From positions 19,272-83,271 of the forward strand of contig JASGHK010000008.1 in assembly GCA_049841135.1 (NCBI GenBank): a stretch of DNA of 64,000 nucleotides, in the 5' to 3' direction. Position numbers and translations under genes: made by a program. Origin of the DNA: Myxococcales bacterium (GTDB lineage: Bacteria > Myxococcota > Myxococcia > Myxococcales > UBA5297). Under the pieces are notes generated by a model. It was not told where the DNA came from and searched no databases. It saw nothing but the letters and a program-made list of their open reading frames with translations. The first letter of the stretch is position 1; the number at the start of each line of letters is the position of its first letter. Below, piece by piece: positions 1 through 8,653 of the stretch.

Positions 1-2
1 CC

Positions 3-74
3 CTCTCGCAGGCCGTGCGCCAGGCTCTGGCGAAGCTGGGCGTGGAGGGCTTGGCGGTGCCGGACCTGGACTGA
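3..74 (+). CDS. 3' end of an upstream gene (partial, ...QALAKLGVEGLAVPDLD*)
   Basis: Coding-like frame enters from the window start and ends at TGA 72-74. No family assignment possible. Confidence 0.3.
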   Translation, partial: LSQAVRQALAKLGVEGLAVPDLD

Positions 75-154
75 GGCGCATCGGAGCGGCGTTTGGGCCG
101 CGAGCCGCTGGTCCAGCCTCTGCGCCTGGTTGATGATGGCCCAGGCCAAGTGGC

Positions 155-853
155 ATGGACCCGCCAACCCGAGGAGGCCTGATGGGCTTTGCTCGCCAGT
201 ACCTGGAAGAGGCTTCCCGCGCCCTCGACGCGCTGGACGACGGGGCCATCGACGCGCTGGCGGCGCTCATCGCGGAGGTGCGCGACCGAGGCGGCCGCCT
301 CTTCGTGGTCGGGGTCGGAGGCGGCGCGGCGCACGCGGCACACGCCGTCGCGGACTTCCGCACGCTCGCCGGCATCGAGGCCTACGCGCCGACCGACAAC
401 GCGCCCGAGCTGACCGCGCGCATCAACGACGGCGGCTGGGCTGGCAGCTTCGCCGCGTGGCTCCGGGGCAGCCGGCTGGGGCGGAAGGACCTCGTGCTGG
501 TGCTCTCGGTGGGCGGCGGCGACCGCGCCCGCCAGGTGAGCCCGAACGTCGTCGAGGCGCTCGCGCTCGCGCGTAAGGTGGGCGCGCGGATCGCGGGGAT
601 CGTCGGCCGCGACGGCGGCTACACCGCCCGCGTCGCCGACGCCTGTGTGGTGGTGCCCACGGTCCACCCGGACCGAGTCACCGCGCACACCGAGGGGCTG
701 CAGTCGGTGGTGCTGCACCTGCTGGTGTCGCATCCGCGCCTGAACGTCGCCACACCGCGGTGGGAGTCTTTGACACGCGACTTCGTCGGCCGCTCCGGTT
801 CCCCTCGGACGAAGTCTCTGGCGGCGCGCGCCAAACGGGCGGGTCGTCGCTAG
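155..853 (+). CDS. SIS-domain sugar isomerase (phosphoheptose isomerase GmhA/DiaA-like)
   Basis: ORF 155-853. Motifs GGRLFVVGVGGGAAHAAHAVADF and LVLVLSVGGG are typical of the SIS fold. The start could be the internal Met at 182. Confidence 0.7.
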   Translation: MDPPTRGGLMGFARQYLEEASRALDALDDGAIDALAALIAEVRDRGGRLFVVGVGGGAAHAAHAVADFRTLAGIEAYAPTDNAPELTARINDGGWAGSFAAWLRGSRLGRKDLVLVLSVGGGDRARQVSPNVVEALALARKVGARIAGIVGRDGGYTARVADACVVVPTVHPDRVTAHTEGLQSVVLHLLVSHPRLNVATPRWESLTRDFVGRSGSPRTKSLAARAKRAGRR

Positions 854-874
854 CCACGAGCCCTTACTGCCAGC

Positions 875-1267
875 TCACTTCCCCTTCTTCGCCTTGACCG
901 CCAGTAGCTGATCGAGCGCGGCCTTGTCGGAGTCGGTGTGCCCGTCCGGACTGTTGGCGGCGCCGGCGGTGACCGGGCCGGGCGCACCCGCCGCGGCGAC
1001 GATTTCCGCGGAGGTCGCTGCGTTGGGCGTCGGGATCGGAGCCCCTGCGGCCGGGGTCGCGCTCGCCTTGCCGCGCGGCGCGGCGCGGGCCAGCGCCTTG
1101 GTGGGCGCAGGACGCTTCGGGGTCGCGGACGGTATGACTGGACCGGTCTGGTAGAGCGCAGCGATCCGCTCGGCGATGGTGTGCCCGCCGATGGGCACGG
1201 TCCCGATGACCACGCCCACGACCACCGCCACGCACGAGTAGAAGAGGAACTTGAGCAACCCGAACAT
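875..1267 (-). CDS. small membrane-anchored Ala/Pro-rich hypothetical protein
   Basis: Internal Met of ORF 875-1342 gives MFGLLKFLFYSCVAVVVGVVIGTVPIGG (a TM helix) followed by a low-complexity tail. Start chosen at 1267. Confidence 0.4.
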   Translation of the reverse strand: MFGLLKFLFYSCVAVVVGVVIGTVPIGGHTIAERIAALYQTGPVIPSATPKRPAPTKALARAAPRGKASATPAAGAPIPTPNAATSAEIVAAAGAPGPVTAGAANSPDGHTDSDKAALDQLLAVKAKKGK

Positions 1268-1630
1268 TCGACCTTTCCTCCTGCGCCCATGGGTAGCATG
1301 CAGACCTACATGGGTCGAATTTCTGGCCGCTTCTGGGGCCAAGACCTCGGAATGACGGGAGTTCCGCCAAGCGTCCCGAGCATCTCATTCGGCGCTCCGG
1401 ATTCGTCCAGTGGGCGGGCTGCTTCGCGCTGCCAGGGCTGGGCCGGCCGGATGGACGGCGATCCGCGAGCAAGGCTGCTGCGCGCTCACGGTGGTGCGCT
1501 CGGGCCGCTGTGTGCTGTCGGTGCTGAGACCGGCGTCGATATCGGCGCGCCCGACGAAAGGTGAAAGGCGTGCCACCCGAGGGCGGCTCGGGCACAATGT
1601 CGTCCTTTCTGGCTGTCGCTGGAGGCTCCC

Positions 1631-2641
1631 ATGCGCCGTCTGCTCTCTGTCGTCGTCCTCGTCGCGGGGCTTGCCGCTGCGCTGGCAGGTTGCCCCGAGC
1701 AGAACGTGGACCCGGCCAAGTACCCCGACGCGTGGTGGCTCCCGGGTGCGGACGCGAGCGTGCCTGACGGCTCGGCGGCGCCGACCGACGCGGCGACGTG
1801 GATCGCCGTGCCGCCGCCCAGCGGCGCCGCCAGCTACAAGCTCCGCGCAATCGCGGCGACCGCCGGCGCCATGCTCGCCGTGGGCGACCAGGGCACCGTC
1901 TTCTCCTACGACCCGGTGACGACGGCATGGACGAACCTGACCTCCACCGTCTCGGCAAACCTGACGGCCGTCGCCAGCGTCTCGACCACCGACTTCTGGA
2001 TCGCCGGGGACGCCAAGACCGTGCTGCACTACGACGGGTCGGGCTTCACCGCCCAGGTGCTCCCCGGCGCGACCAGCCCCGACTTCAAGGCCATCGCCGC
2101 CTCGCCGACCGAGGTCTGGGTCGCGGGGGCGGGCAACGCTCGCTTCAAGTACGACCGGGCGACGACGACCTGGACCGACGAGAGCCCCACCTCGAGCTCG
2201 GCCGACACGATCACCGGCCTGTGGTTCAGCGGCACGAAGTTCTGGCAGGTCGACACCTCCGGCGCGGTGTACAGCCTGGGGACCACGGGCTGGACGCTGG
2301 AGACCACGCTGCCCAGCTCCAAGCTCAACGCCATCTGGGGCTTCTCCGACGACGACTTCTGGCTCGTGGGCAGCCAGGTCGTCTGGCACTACACGCAGCA
2401 GGCGACCTACACGAAAGTGCCCCCCACCGACTCGGCCGTCTGGAGCTCGGTCTGGGGCAGCGGCCCCACCTCGGTCTTCGTCGGCTCGAAGGAGCAGGGC
2501 CTGCTCAAGTGGAACGGCCTCGCCTGGGAGCGCTGCGCCGGCTTCAGCCTCGCCGGCCGCGACCTGTACGGCATCGGCGGGTCGGCGCTGGTCGGGACCT
2601 GGTCGGTCGGCGACAGCATCCTTCAGCGGCTCCAGCCCTGA
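1631..2641 (+). CDS. lipoprotein with tryptophan-rich beta-propeller-like repeats
   Basis: GGAGG RBS 5 nt upstream. Signal peptide plus lipobox MRRLLSVVVLVAGLAAALAGC. Repeated xW(T/V)xG blades (TAWTNLT, DFWIAGD, EVWVAGAG, TTWTDES, DFWLVGS). Confidence 0.6.
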   Translation: MRRLLSVVVLVAGLAAALAGCPEQNVDPAKYPDAWWLPGADASVPDGSAAPTDAATWIAVPPPSGAASYKLRAIAATAGAMLAVGDQGTVFSYDPVTTAWTNLTSTVSANLTAVASVSTTDFWIAGDAKTVLHYDGSGFTAQVLPGATSPDFKAIAASPTEVWVAGAGNARFKYDRATTTWTDESPTSSSADTITGLWFSGTKFWQVDTSGAVYSLGTTGWTLETTLPSSKLNAIWGFSDDDFWLVGSQVVWHYTQQATYTKVPPTDSAVWSSVWGSGPTSVFVGSKEQGLLKWNGLAWERCAGFSLAGRDLYGIGGSALVGTWSVGDSILQRLQP

Positions 2642-2662
2642 CCCTCACCTTGGGAGCTCATC

Positions 2663-3721
2663 GTGTCGCTCGGTGACGAGCTGGTCCTTCGCGCGCGCGC
2701 CGAGGCCGAACAGCTGCAGGCGGTCATCTCGCCTGCGGGACTGGAGTCGCTGCGCGCCGAGGCGATGCAGCTCTTCGAGCAGCTGCCCGAGCCTCCCGCC
2801 TACCGCAAGGCCAACGACCCCGCGCGGGAGAAGGCGTCCCAGCTCGCCCCCAAGGCCACCGAGCTGCTCTCCCGGCTGCTCGCGGCGCGCAAGGCCGTGC
2901 CCGCCGACGCGCGGCTGCCGTCCCTCGAGCGCGCGGTCGAGGCGCACGTCCGGGCGCTCGCCGCCATCTCGGCCGGCGAGATCACGCTCGGCGACCAGCT
3001 GGCGCACGAGGCCTGGGACGCGGCGCGGGCGGCGACCAGCAGCGGCTCGTTCTTCCAGCTGCAGGGCAACGAGGCCCCGGCCGCCATCTACGACCGCGTG
3101 ACGCGCACCTCGCGCTACGACCCGCGCCCCGAGCCGATGCTGACGGTGCAGCTGTTCTGCGCCAACGAGGACTGCCGCAAGCCCGCCGCCTACTCGGTCG
3201 CGCCGCGCTACGCCACGCACCGCTTCACCTGCTCGGTCTGCCGCAAGCCCTTCACCGGCCACTTCGCCGAGCTGCGGCAAGCGGAGTCCAAGAGCACAGG
3301 CAAGGCGACGCACTACACCCTGCACGTCGAGCAGGTGGGCGGCGGCGAGAGCACGCTGGAGTTCGACGACACCTCGGGCGGCGAGCTGGCGGTCGCCCCG
3401 CGCGACCTCGTCGTCCTGCTCTACTCGGGGACCGGCTCGCTGGCCGCGGTCGAGAACCTCACCACCGGGCACGTGCTGTGGATCCTGCCCAAGGGGCCCT
3501 GCTTCCTGGCGACGGCGGTCTACGGCGAGGACGCGCCGGAGCTGGACGACTTCCGGGCCTTCCGCGACCGCGTGCTGCTCCCAAGCCTCTACGGGCGCGC
3601 CTTCGTGGCCGCGTACTACCGGGTCGGGCCGATCGTCGCCCCGGTGGTCGGACGGCGGCCCCTCTTGAGGCGCGCCACCCGCCTGGGGCTGGAGTCGATC
3701 CGCCGCAGGATCCAATCCTGA
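2663..3721 (+). CDS. hypothetical protein with zinc-ribbon (CANEDC...CSVC) and conserved C-terminal CxxATAVYG...FRAFRD...YY motif
   Basis: GTG start with GGGAG RBS 6 nt upstream. Four Cys in CxxxC...CxxC spacing. No family recognised. Confidence 0.5.
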   Translation: MSLGDELVLRARAEAEQLQAVISPAGLESLRAEAMQLFEQLPEPPAYRKANDPAREKASQLAPKATELLSRLLAARKAVPADARLPSLERAVEAHVRALAAISAGEITLGDQLAHEAWDAARAATSSGSFFQLQGNEAPAAIYDRVTRTSRYDPRPEPMLTVQLFCANEDCRKPAAYSVAPRYATHRFTCSVCRKPFTGHFAELRQAESKSTGKATHYTLHVEQVGGGESTLEFDDTSGGELAVAPRDLVVLLYSGTGSLAAVENLTTGHVLWILPKGPCFLATAVYGEDAPELDDFRAFRDRVLLPSLYGRAFVAAYYRVGPIVAPVVGRRPLLRRATRLGLESIRRRIQS

Positions 3722-3764
3722 CTCCAACGGGAGCCCGCCGGCTCTCACCTGTCTGGAGGATCAC

Positions 3765-4308
3765 GTGCAGGTCTCCGACAGAGTCTGGCGCAGCGTCCTC
3801 TATGTCGCCGCCGCGGTGGCCCTCGGCTTCGGCATGGTGGAGGCCATCAACGAGGCCAAGCTCGGCACCGCGCTGTCGGCCGGGACGCCGCCGCCCGCGT
3901 TCAGCGCCCTGCGCGCCGACGACGGCAGGCCGTTCGCGCTCACCGAGCTCAAGGGCAAGGTCACCGTCCTCTCCTTCTGGGCCAGCTGGTGCGGCCCCTG
4001 CCGGCGCGAGCTGCCGGTGCTGCAGAAGCTCGAGGCGCAGTACCGCGACCAGGGCCTGGCGCTGGTGACGGTGAACGTCGACGAGCCGGGCTCGCGTGAG
4101 GACGCGGCGGCCTTCCTCAGGGAGCTCGGCCGGCCCCCGCCGCTGGTGGTCTTCCCGAGCGAGAACACGCAGGCCGACTGGCGCGCCGGCACCCTGCCGA
4201 CGCTCTACGTGCTCGGGCGCGACGGGCAGATCCTGCTCGGGCACAGCGGGGCGTTGCCGGAGGACGCGCTGCGCCGGGAGATTCGAGGCGGCGCTCAAGG
4301 CTCTCTGA
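3765..4308 (+). CDS. TlpA/ResA-like thiol:disulfide oxidoreductase (thioredoxin fold, WCGPC), membrane-anchored; apparent +1 frameshift near 4282
   Basis: GTG start with GGAGGA RBS. N-terminal TM segment, then SFWASWCGPCRRELP. The in-frame ORF runs on to 4523 across the convergent gene. Removing one T at about 4282 restores a natural end ...ALRREIEAALKAL* at TGA 4306-4308. Confidence 0.65.
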
Positions 4309-4795
4309 GCTTGGCGCGGATCAGCTCGAGCTCGCGCAGGGCCTCGCGGTCCTTCTCGCGGTTGAGCGCTCGCTTGGCGTCGATGAGGGCGTCGAGCGAG
4401 ATGACCCGCAACGTCCTGTCCCACATCGGAAACTCGACGCTGCGAGCCTTGACCGCCTCGAAGGCGCCGATGCCGGCGATCTCCTTCAGGACGTCCAGCT
4501 CTCCAAGATCGGTCTCCAGGTAGAGGTTCCGGTATTGCGCCAGGGTCTGCGCCGACTCGGGCAGCGCCAGCCTCTGGGGCCCGTTGAACCGCGGATTCAG
4601 GCCTCGCAGTGCGTTCACCAGCCGGGCCAGGTTCGACTCGTCGAACGCCGCGCAGACGTCGAGGTCTCGGGTCATCCGCGAGGCACCGTGGGCGACGCCG
4701 GCAAACCCGCCAATGAGGACGAAGTCGAACTTCGCGTCGACGAGTCTACGGACGAGTTGCGCCAGGTCGCGCATTGCGTGCCTCCAGTGCTTCAC
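4295..4795 (-). CDS. nucleotidyltransferase-fold protein (AbiEii/MNT-like toxin-antitoxin component)
   Basis: FDFVLIGGFAGVAHGASRMTRDLDV matches the GS...D.D signature of minimal nucleotidyltransferases. Its 5' end overlaps the small upstream ORF. Confidence 0.6.
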   Translation of the reverse strand: MKHWRHAMRDLAQLVRRLVDAKFDFVLIGGFAGVAHGASRMTRDLDVCAAFDESNLARLVNALRGLNPRFNGPQRLALPESAQTLAQYRNLYLETDLGELDVLKEIAGIGAFEAVKARSVEFPMWDRTLRVISLDALIDAKRALNREKDREALRELELIRAKLREP

Positions 4796-4955
4796 GCATC
4801 TCGAGGGCCAACTTCGCGGCGTCTTCGTGCGCCCTCACTCGCTCATCGGGCGTCATGCGCAGCGATGCCTCCAGCAGCCGCAGGTCATACCCGGCTTCCA
4901 CGTACTCGCGCTCCAGGCGCTCGCGTTCGCTCTCGGTCGCCATCTCGCGCTTCAT
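4746..4955 (-). CDS. small (69 aa) helical antitoxin-like protein
   Basis: MKREMATESERERLEREYVEAGYDLRLLEASL... Its ATG overlaps the TAA of the upstream HAD gene (TAATG) and its 3' end overlaps the NTase start. The call is inferred from position only. Confidence 0.4.
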   Translation of the reverse strand: MKREMATESERERLEREYVEAGYDLRLLEASLRMTPDERVRAHEDAAKLALEMREALEARNARPGATRP

Positions 4956-5600
4956 TATAGGAGCCGGGCGCGACGGCACGCCTCCGGCAGCTCGTCCACC
5001 CGCTCGGCGAACACCTTCGCTCCCGCCGCCCCGAGCGTCTCGCGCGTGCCCATTCCCCAGAGCACGCCCACGAAGGCGTAGCCGGCGTTCACCGCCGTCT
5101 GCGCGTCGACCACGCTGTCGCCCACGAAGACGACGCGCTCGACCTCGGGCAGCCTGGTGAGTGCAAGCCGGCACGCTTCCGGGTCCGGCTTGCGGCTGGG
5201 CACGTCCCCTCCGCCAACGACCACCGGGAAGAGCGACGAGAGGCTGAGCGCCTCGACGAGCTTGCGTGCCGCCGGTCCGGGCTTGTTGGTGACCACCGCT
5301 CGCGCCCCCGAGAGCTGCGCGAGCGCCTCGACGATGCCCGGGTACGGCCGGGTGGTGTCCAGGCAGTGGGCCGCGTAGTGCTCGCGCCAGATCTCCATCG
5401 CCTTCGGGAGGAGCCTCGACGTGCTCCGGCCCGAGCGTGCGCTCGAGGAGCCGCTGCGCGCCCTCGCCGACGTACCCGAAGATTTGCTGCTCCGGAAGCT
5501 TGGAGAGCCCCAGGGCCGAGCGGGCGTGGTTCGCGCTGCGGGCGATGTCCACGAAGCTGTCGATGAGCGTGCCGTCGAGGTCGAAGAGGTAAGCGTCCAT
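4955..5600 (-). CDS. HAD-superfamily phosphatase (phosphoglycolate phosphatase Gph/MupP-like); apparent +1 frameshift near 5405-5415
   Basis: The N-terminal half reads MDAYLFDLDGTLIDS... in one frame. The C-terminal half reads ...EIWREHYAAHCLDTTRPYPGIVEAL...VVTNKP...VFVGDSVVD in the +1 frame. Removing one C in the CCC run rejoins them. Confidence 0.7.
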
Positions 5601-5649
5601 GGCAGGCGGCCTTTCTACCAGATGCGCCGATGCTATCGTTCGCTCCGCC

Positions 5650-6864
5650 ATGGACAACCTGGACAACCGCCTGCGCCCCGGCGCTCTCTGCCTGCGCAAG
5701 AACGACCCCGCCACGAGCCTGCTGCTGGTCGAGCTGGACGGGCCCCACTCCCTCGTCGCCCGACTGGCGCCCGACTTGGAGCCCCTGCGAGTCGACGCCT
5801 CGGAGCTCGAGGTGGTGGGCGAGGACGCGGCCGCGCTGCGCGTCGTTCAGCTGCGCTGGCGCACGCAGAGGGCCGCGCTCAAGGCCCCGCCGGGCAAGCC
5901 GGTGCGCACCGCGATGGTCCTGTGCGCCGGCCTGGGGACACGCCTGCGGCCGCTCACCAACGTCTACCCCAAGCCCGCCCTGCCCTTCTTCTCCGGTCCG
6001 CTCGTCCGCTACTCCTTCGCGCTGCTCAAGGGCGCCGGGGTCGAGCGCGTGGTCATCAACACCCACCACCTGCCCCAGGTGATGGAGGCGACCGCCGCGC
6101 GCGAAGCCCAGCGGCTTGGGCTGGAGCTCGCCGTCTCCCACGAGCCGATCATTCAGGGCACCGGCGGCGGCGTGCGCGACGCGCGCAAGCTCCTGGGCGA
6201 CGAGCCCTTCATCCTCCTCAACGGCGACGCCTTCATGTCGCTGGATCTCCGGTCGCTCGTTGGCGCGCACCAGTCGCGTGGCGACGCGGTCACGATGGCG
6301 GTGGTCCCCATGCCGCCGACCGAGAAGTTCCCCGCGGTCGGGGCGACGCCCGAGGGCGAGGTCCAGCGCATCGGCGAGATCGGCGACCCGAAGCTCAAGC
6401 TCGCGCCCTGGCACTTCGTCGGCGTGCACGTCCTCGAGCCCTCGGTCTTCGACTTCATCCCAGCCAACGACGAGCAGGACATCCGCCCGGTCTACCTGGC
6501 GATGGCGAAGGCCGGGCTGAAGGTCCGCGTGTGCCCGGTGGCCCTCGGTGCCTGGGCGGACCTGGGCACCCCGTCGCGCTACCTCGCGGCGTGCGAGGAG
6601 GTGTTGACCGGCCTGTGCGAGCTCTCGGCGCTGGGCGCCTCCAAGCCGGTCGAGCCCAACGCGCCGCGCCGGTTCTGGGCCCACCCGCAGGCCCGGCTCG
6701 AAAGCGCGACGCTGGACCGCAGCGCCGTCTGCGAAGGCGCGCACGTGCGCAACGTCTCGCTGACCCGATCGGCCGTGCTGCCCGGGACCCGGCTCGAAGG
6801 ACCGGCGGCGCTGCACGACGTCATCGTCAGCGGCGAGCTGCGACTTGAAGGCGCCCGAGGGTAG
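5650..6864 (+). CDS. sugar-phosphate nucleotidyltransferase (MurU/GDP-mannose pyrophosphorylase-like)
   Basis: MVLCAGLGTRLRPLT...LLNGDAF signature. The start is uncertain. It is 5650 (MDNLDNRL) if the roughly 90 aa N-terminal extension is real, otherwise 5914 (MVLCAG). Confidence 0.65.
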   Translation: MDNLDNRLRPGALCLRKNDPATSLLLVELDGPHSLVARLAPDLEPLRVDASELEVVGEDAAALRVVQLRWRTQRAALKAPPGKPVRTAMVLCAGLGTRLRPLTNVYPKPALPFFSGPLVRYSFALLKGAGVERVVINTHHLPQVMEATAAREAQRLGLELAVSHEPIIQGTGGGVRDARKLLGDEPFILLNGDAFMSLDLRSLVGAHQSRGDAVTMAVVPMPPTEKFPAVGATPEGEVQRIGEIGDPKLKLAPWHFVGVHVLEPSVFDFIPANDEQDIRPVYLAMAKAGLKVRVCPVALGAWADLGTPSRYLAACEEVLTGLCELSALGASKPVEPNAPRRFWAHPQARLESATLDRSAVCEGAHVRNVSLTRSAVLPGTRLEGPAALHDVIVSGELRLEGARG

Positions 6865-6897
6865 GTCTCGGCTGCCCGCGCGGTTACAGTCGAGCCC

Positions 6898-7680
6898 ATG
6901 AGCATCCCCCTTTTCGCGACGGCCTCCGCCTCTGCCCTCCTCCTGCTCCTCGCGGCTGCCCCGCCGCCGCAGTCCGGTCCGGAGTTTCGCCAGGACCAGA
7001 TGAAGTACGGCCGGGTGAAGCAGGCGGCGGCGAACAAGACCAAAGTCCTCAAGGCGCTCTTCGCGGAGAAGAAGGTCGCCTGGCCGCCCGCGGGGATCCT
7101 CATTCGCAGCTTCAAGGAGGACGCCACCCTCGAGCTGTGGGCGAAGGCCAAGGACGGCAGCTTCGTCCTGGTGAAGGAGTACCCGGTCTGCGCCGGCTCG
7201 GGCGACGTCGGGCCCAAGCGCCGCGAAGGCGATCTGCAGGTGCCCGAGGGCTTCTACGAGGTCAACCACTTCAATCCGTGGAGCCAGTACCACCTCGCCC
7301 TCGGCGTCAGCTACCCGAACTCCAGCGACCGCATCCTCGGCGGCGGCGGCAAGGAGGGCCCCCTGGGCGGACAGATCTACATTCATGGCAAGTGCTGCAC
7401 CATCGGCTGCATCCCCATCCAGGACGACAACATCGAGGAGGTCTACCTGGCCGCCCTCGAGTCGCGCGCCGCCACCGGCGACCCCGTCCGCATCCACGTC
7501 TTCCCCACCAAGTTGACCGACGAGGCGATGAAGCGCCTCACCCAGGACCACGCCGCCGACGAGGCCAGGCTCGCGTTCTGGGCGAACCTCAAGCAGGGCT
7601 GGGACCTCTTCGAGAAAGACCACCGCCTGCCCAAGGTCAGCGTGGACGCCAAGGGGCGCTACCAGTTCTCGGCGAAGTGA
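6898..7680 (+). CDS. L,D-transpeptidase (YkuD-family) catalytic-domain protein, secreted
   Basis: Signal peptide present. IYIHGKCCTIGCIPI resembles the His/Cys active-site block of L,D-transpeptidases. Confidence 0.65.
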   Translation: MSIPLFATASASALLLLLAAAPPPQSGPEFRQDQMKYGRVKQAAANKTKVLKALFAEKKVAWPPAGILIRSFKEDATLELWAKAKDGSFVLVKEYPVCAGSGDVGPKRREGDLQVPEGFYEVNHFNPWSQYHLALGVSYPNSSDRILGGGGKEGPLGGQIYIHGKCCTIGCIPIQDDNIEEVYLAALESRAATGDPVRIHVFPTKLTDEAMKRLTQDHAADEARLAFWANLKQGWDLFEKDHRLPKVSVDAKGRYQFSAK

Positions 7681-7760
7681 TGTCCCCCCGCTGAGGCACC
7701 GCCCGTCGCGGTAGCATGGCCGCGCTGCAACCGAAGACGACGATCGACGGAGGAGCTTCG

Positions 7761-8621
7761 ATGCTCGAGGCGCGACTGCTGGCACTGCTGACCCTGCCCC
7801 TGGCCGCGGCCTGCGCGGGAGTCCAGGTTTCAGGCCCCTCGGCCGAGCAGGAGCGCGCCGCGCTCGTTCAGGAAGCCCAGGCGGGCCTCTCGACGCTCCA
7901 GGCGATCGCCTCGGCGCTTCCGCAAGAGCTCGCTCCGCTGCGCGACCGGGCGGACCGGGGCGAGGCGAGCGTCGCGCTCCAGCACACGCTGATGAGCCTC
8001 GTCGACCGCTGCGTGGGCCTCGCCTCCGAGGCCGAGGCAGTCCTGCTGCCGCTGCGGGAGCTTCACCCGCCGCCCGCAGAGCTCGATCGTCTGGAGGTGG
8101 AGACCGACCGGACCGCAAGCAGCGCCCGCACGGCCGCGGTCCAGGCGCTGGATTTCCTCGACGCCGTGTCCGTCCGCGCCTGCAGGCTCGCTACCTCCGC
8201 TCCGGCGCTTCGAGAGGACCTCACGGCGCCGGCGGACTCGGCTAGCCTTCAGGAACAGCTCGCGGGCGCGGCGCACGAAGCGGCCAGGTCACTTGTCCGC
8301 ACGCTCGCCGGCCGCGCGGTGGCTCGGCTGGTCGTCGTGCCCGCCGCGGTGAGCCTCGAGGGGCCATCGCGGGCGGATTCTGCCGCCATCCACGGTTGGC
8401 AGTTCTCGCGCCTGCTCGCCGCCGCGCTCCGCGACGCGGGGCTTCCGGCCACCTTCAGCGCCGAGCCCACCAGCGCCCAGCAGACCGCCGCGCTGGTCTC
8501 CGCCACGCTGGCGCTGCACAGCTCGGATTCGGTCTTCACCCTCTCGGTCCTCGGCCTCCGCGACCACACCCAGCTCGCCGCCACCAGCGGCGTCTACCCG
8601 CCCTCCAAGCCCACCTTCTAG
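7761..8621 (+). CDS. hypothetical lipoprotein (paralog of the next gene)
   Basis: Internal Met MLEARLLALLTLPLAAAC gives a lipobox. The C-terminal block R..VVVPAA..L.G...FSRLLAAALRDAG.PATFS is shared with the next gene. Confidence 0.5.
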   Translation: MLEARLLALLTLPLAAACAGVQVSGPSAEQERAALVQEAQAGLSTLQAIASALPQELAPLRDRADRGEASVALQHTLMSLVDRCVGLASEAEAVLLPLRELHPPPAELDRLEVETDRTASSARTAAVQALDFLDAVSVRACRLATSAPALREDLTAPADSASLQEQLAGAAHEAARSLVRTLAGRAVARLVVVPAAVSLEGPSRADSAAIHGWQFSRLLAAALRDAGLPATFSAEPTSAQQTAALVSATLALHSSDSVFTLSVLGLRDHTQLAATSGVYPPSKPTF

Positions 8622-8653
8622 ATCAGCCGTTCTTCCTCCCAACCGAACTCTCT

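Noticed and set aside
1385-2389. 334-aa minus-strand ORF opposite the beta-propeller lipoprotein gene
   Set aside because: The plus-strand gene has an RBS, a lipobox and repeat structure. The minus ORF is Gly/Arg/Ala-rich antisense.
3765-4523. Full 252-aa TlpA ORF overlapping the convergent nucleotidyltransferase gene by 230 bp
   Set aside because: The distal 70 codons are low-complexity Ser/Arg and are antisense to a supported gene. A one-base homopolymer correction gives a natural thioredoxin-length product ending at 4308.
5599-5913. N-terminal 105 codons of the nucleotidyltransferase ORF as definite coding sequence
   Set aside because: It would abut the divergent HAD gene start with no promoter space if initiated at 5599. 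It was kept only as a possible extension from 5650, and the first certain residues are the MVLCAGLGTRL start at 5914.
5089-8118. 1,009-aa minus-strand ORF
   Set aside because: It is antisense to the well-supported nucleotidyltransferase, L,D-transpeptidase and lipoprotein genes. Low-complexity R/G/A/P composition.
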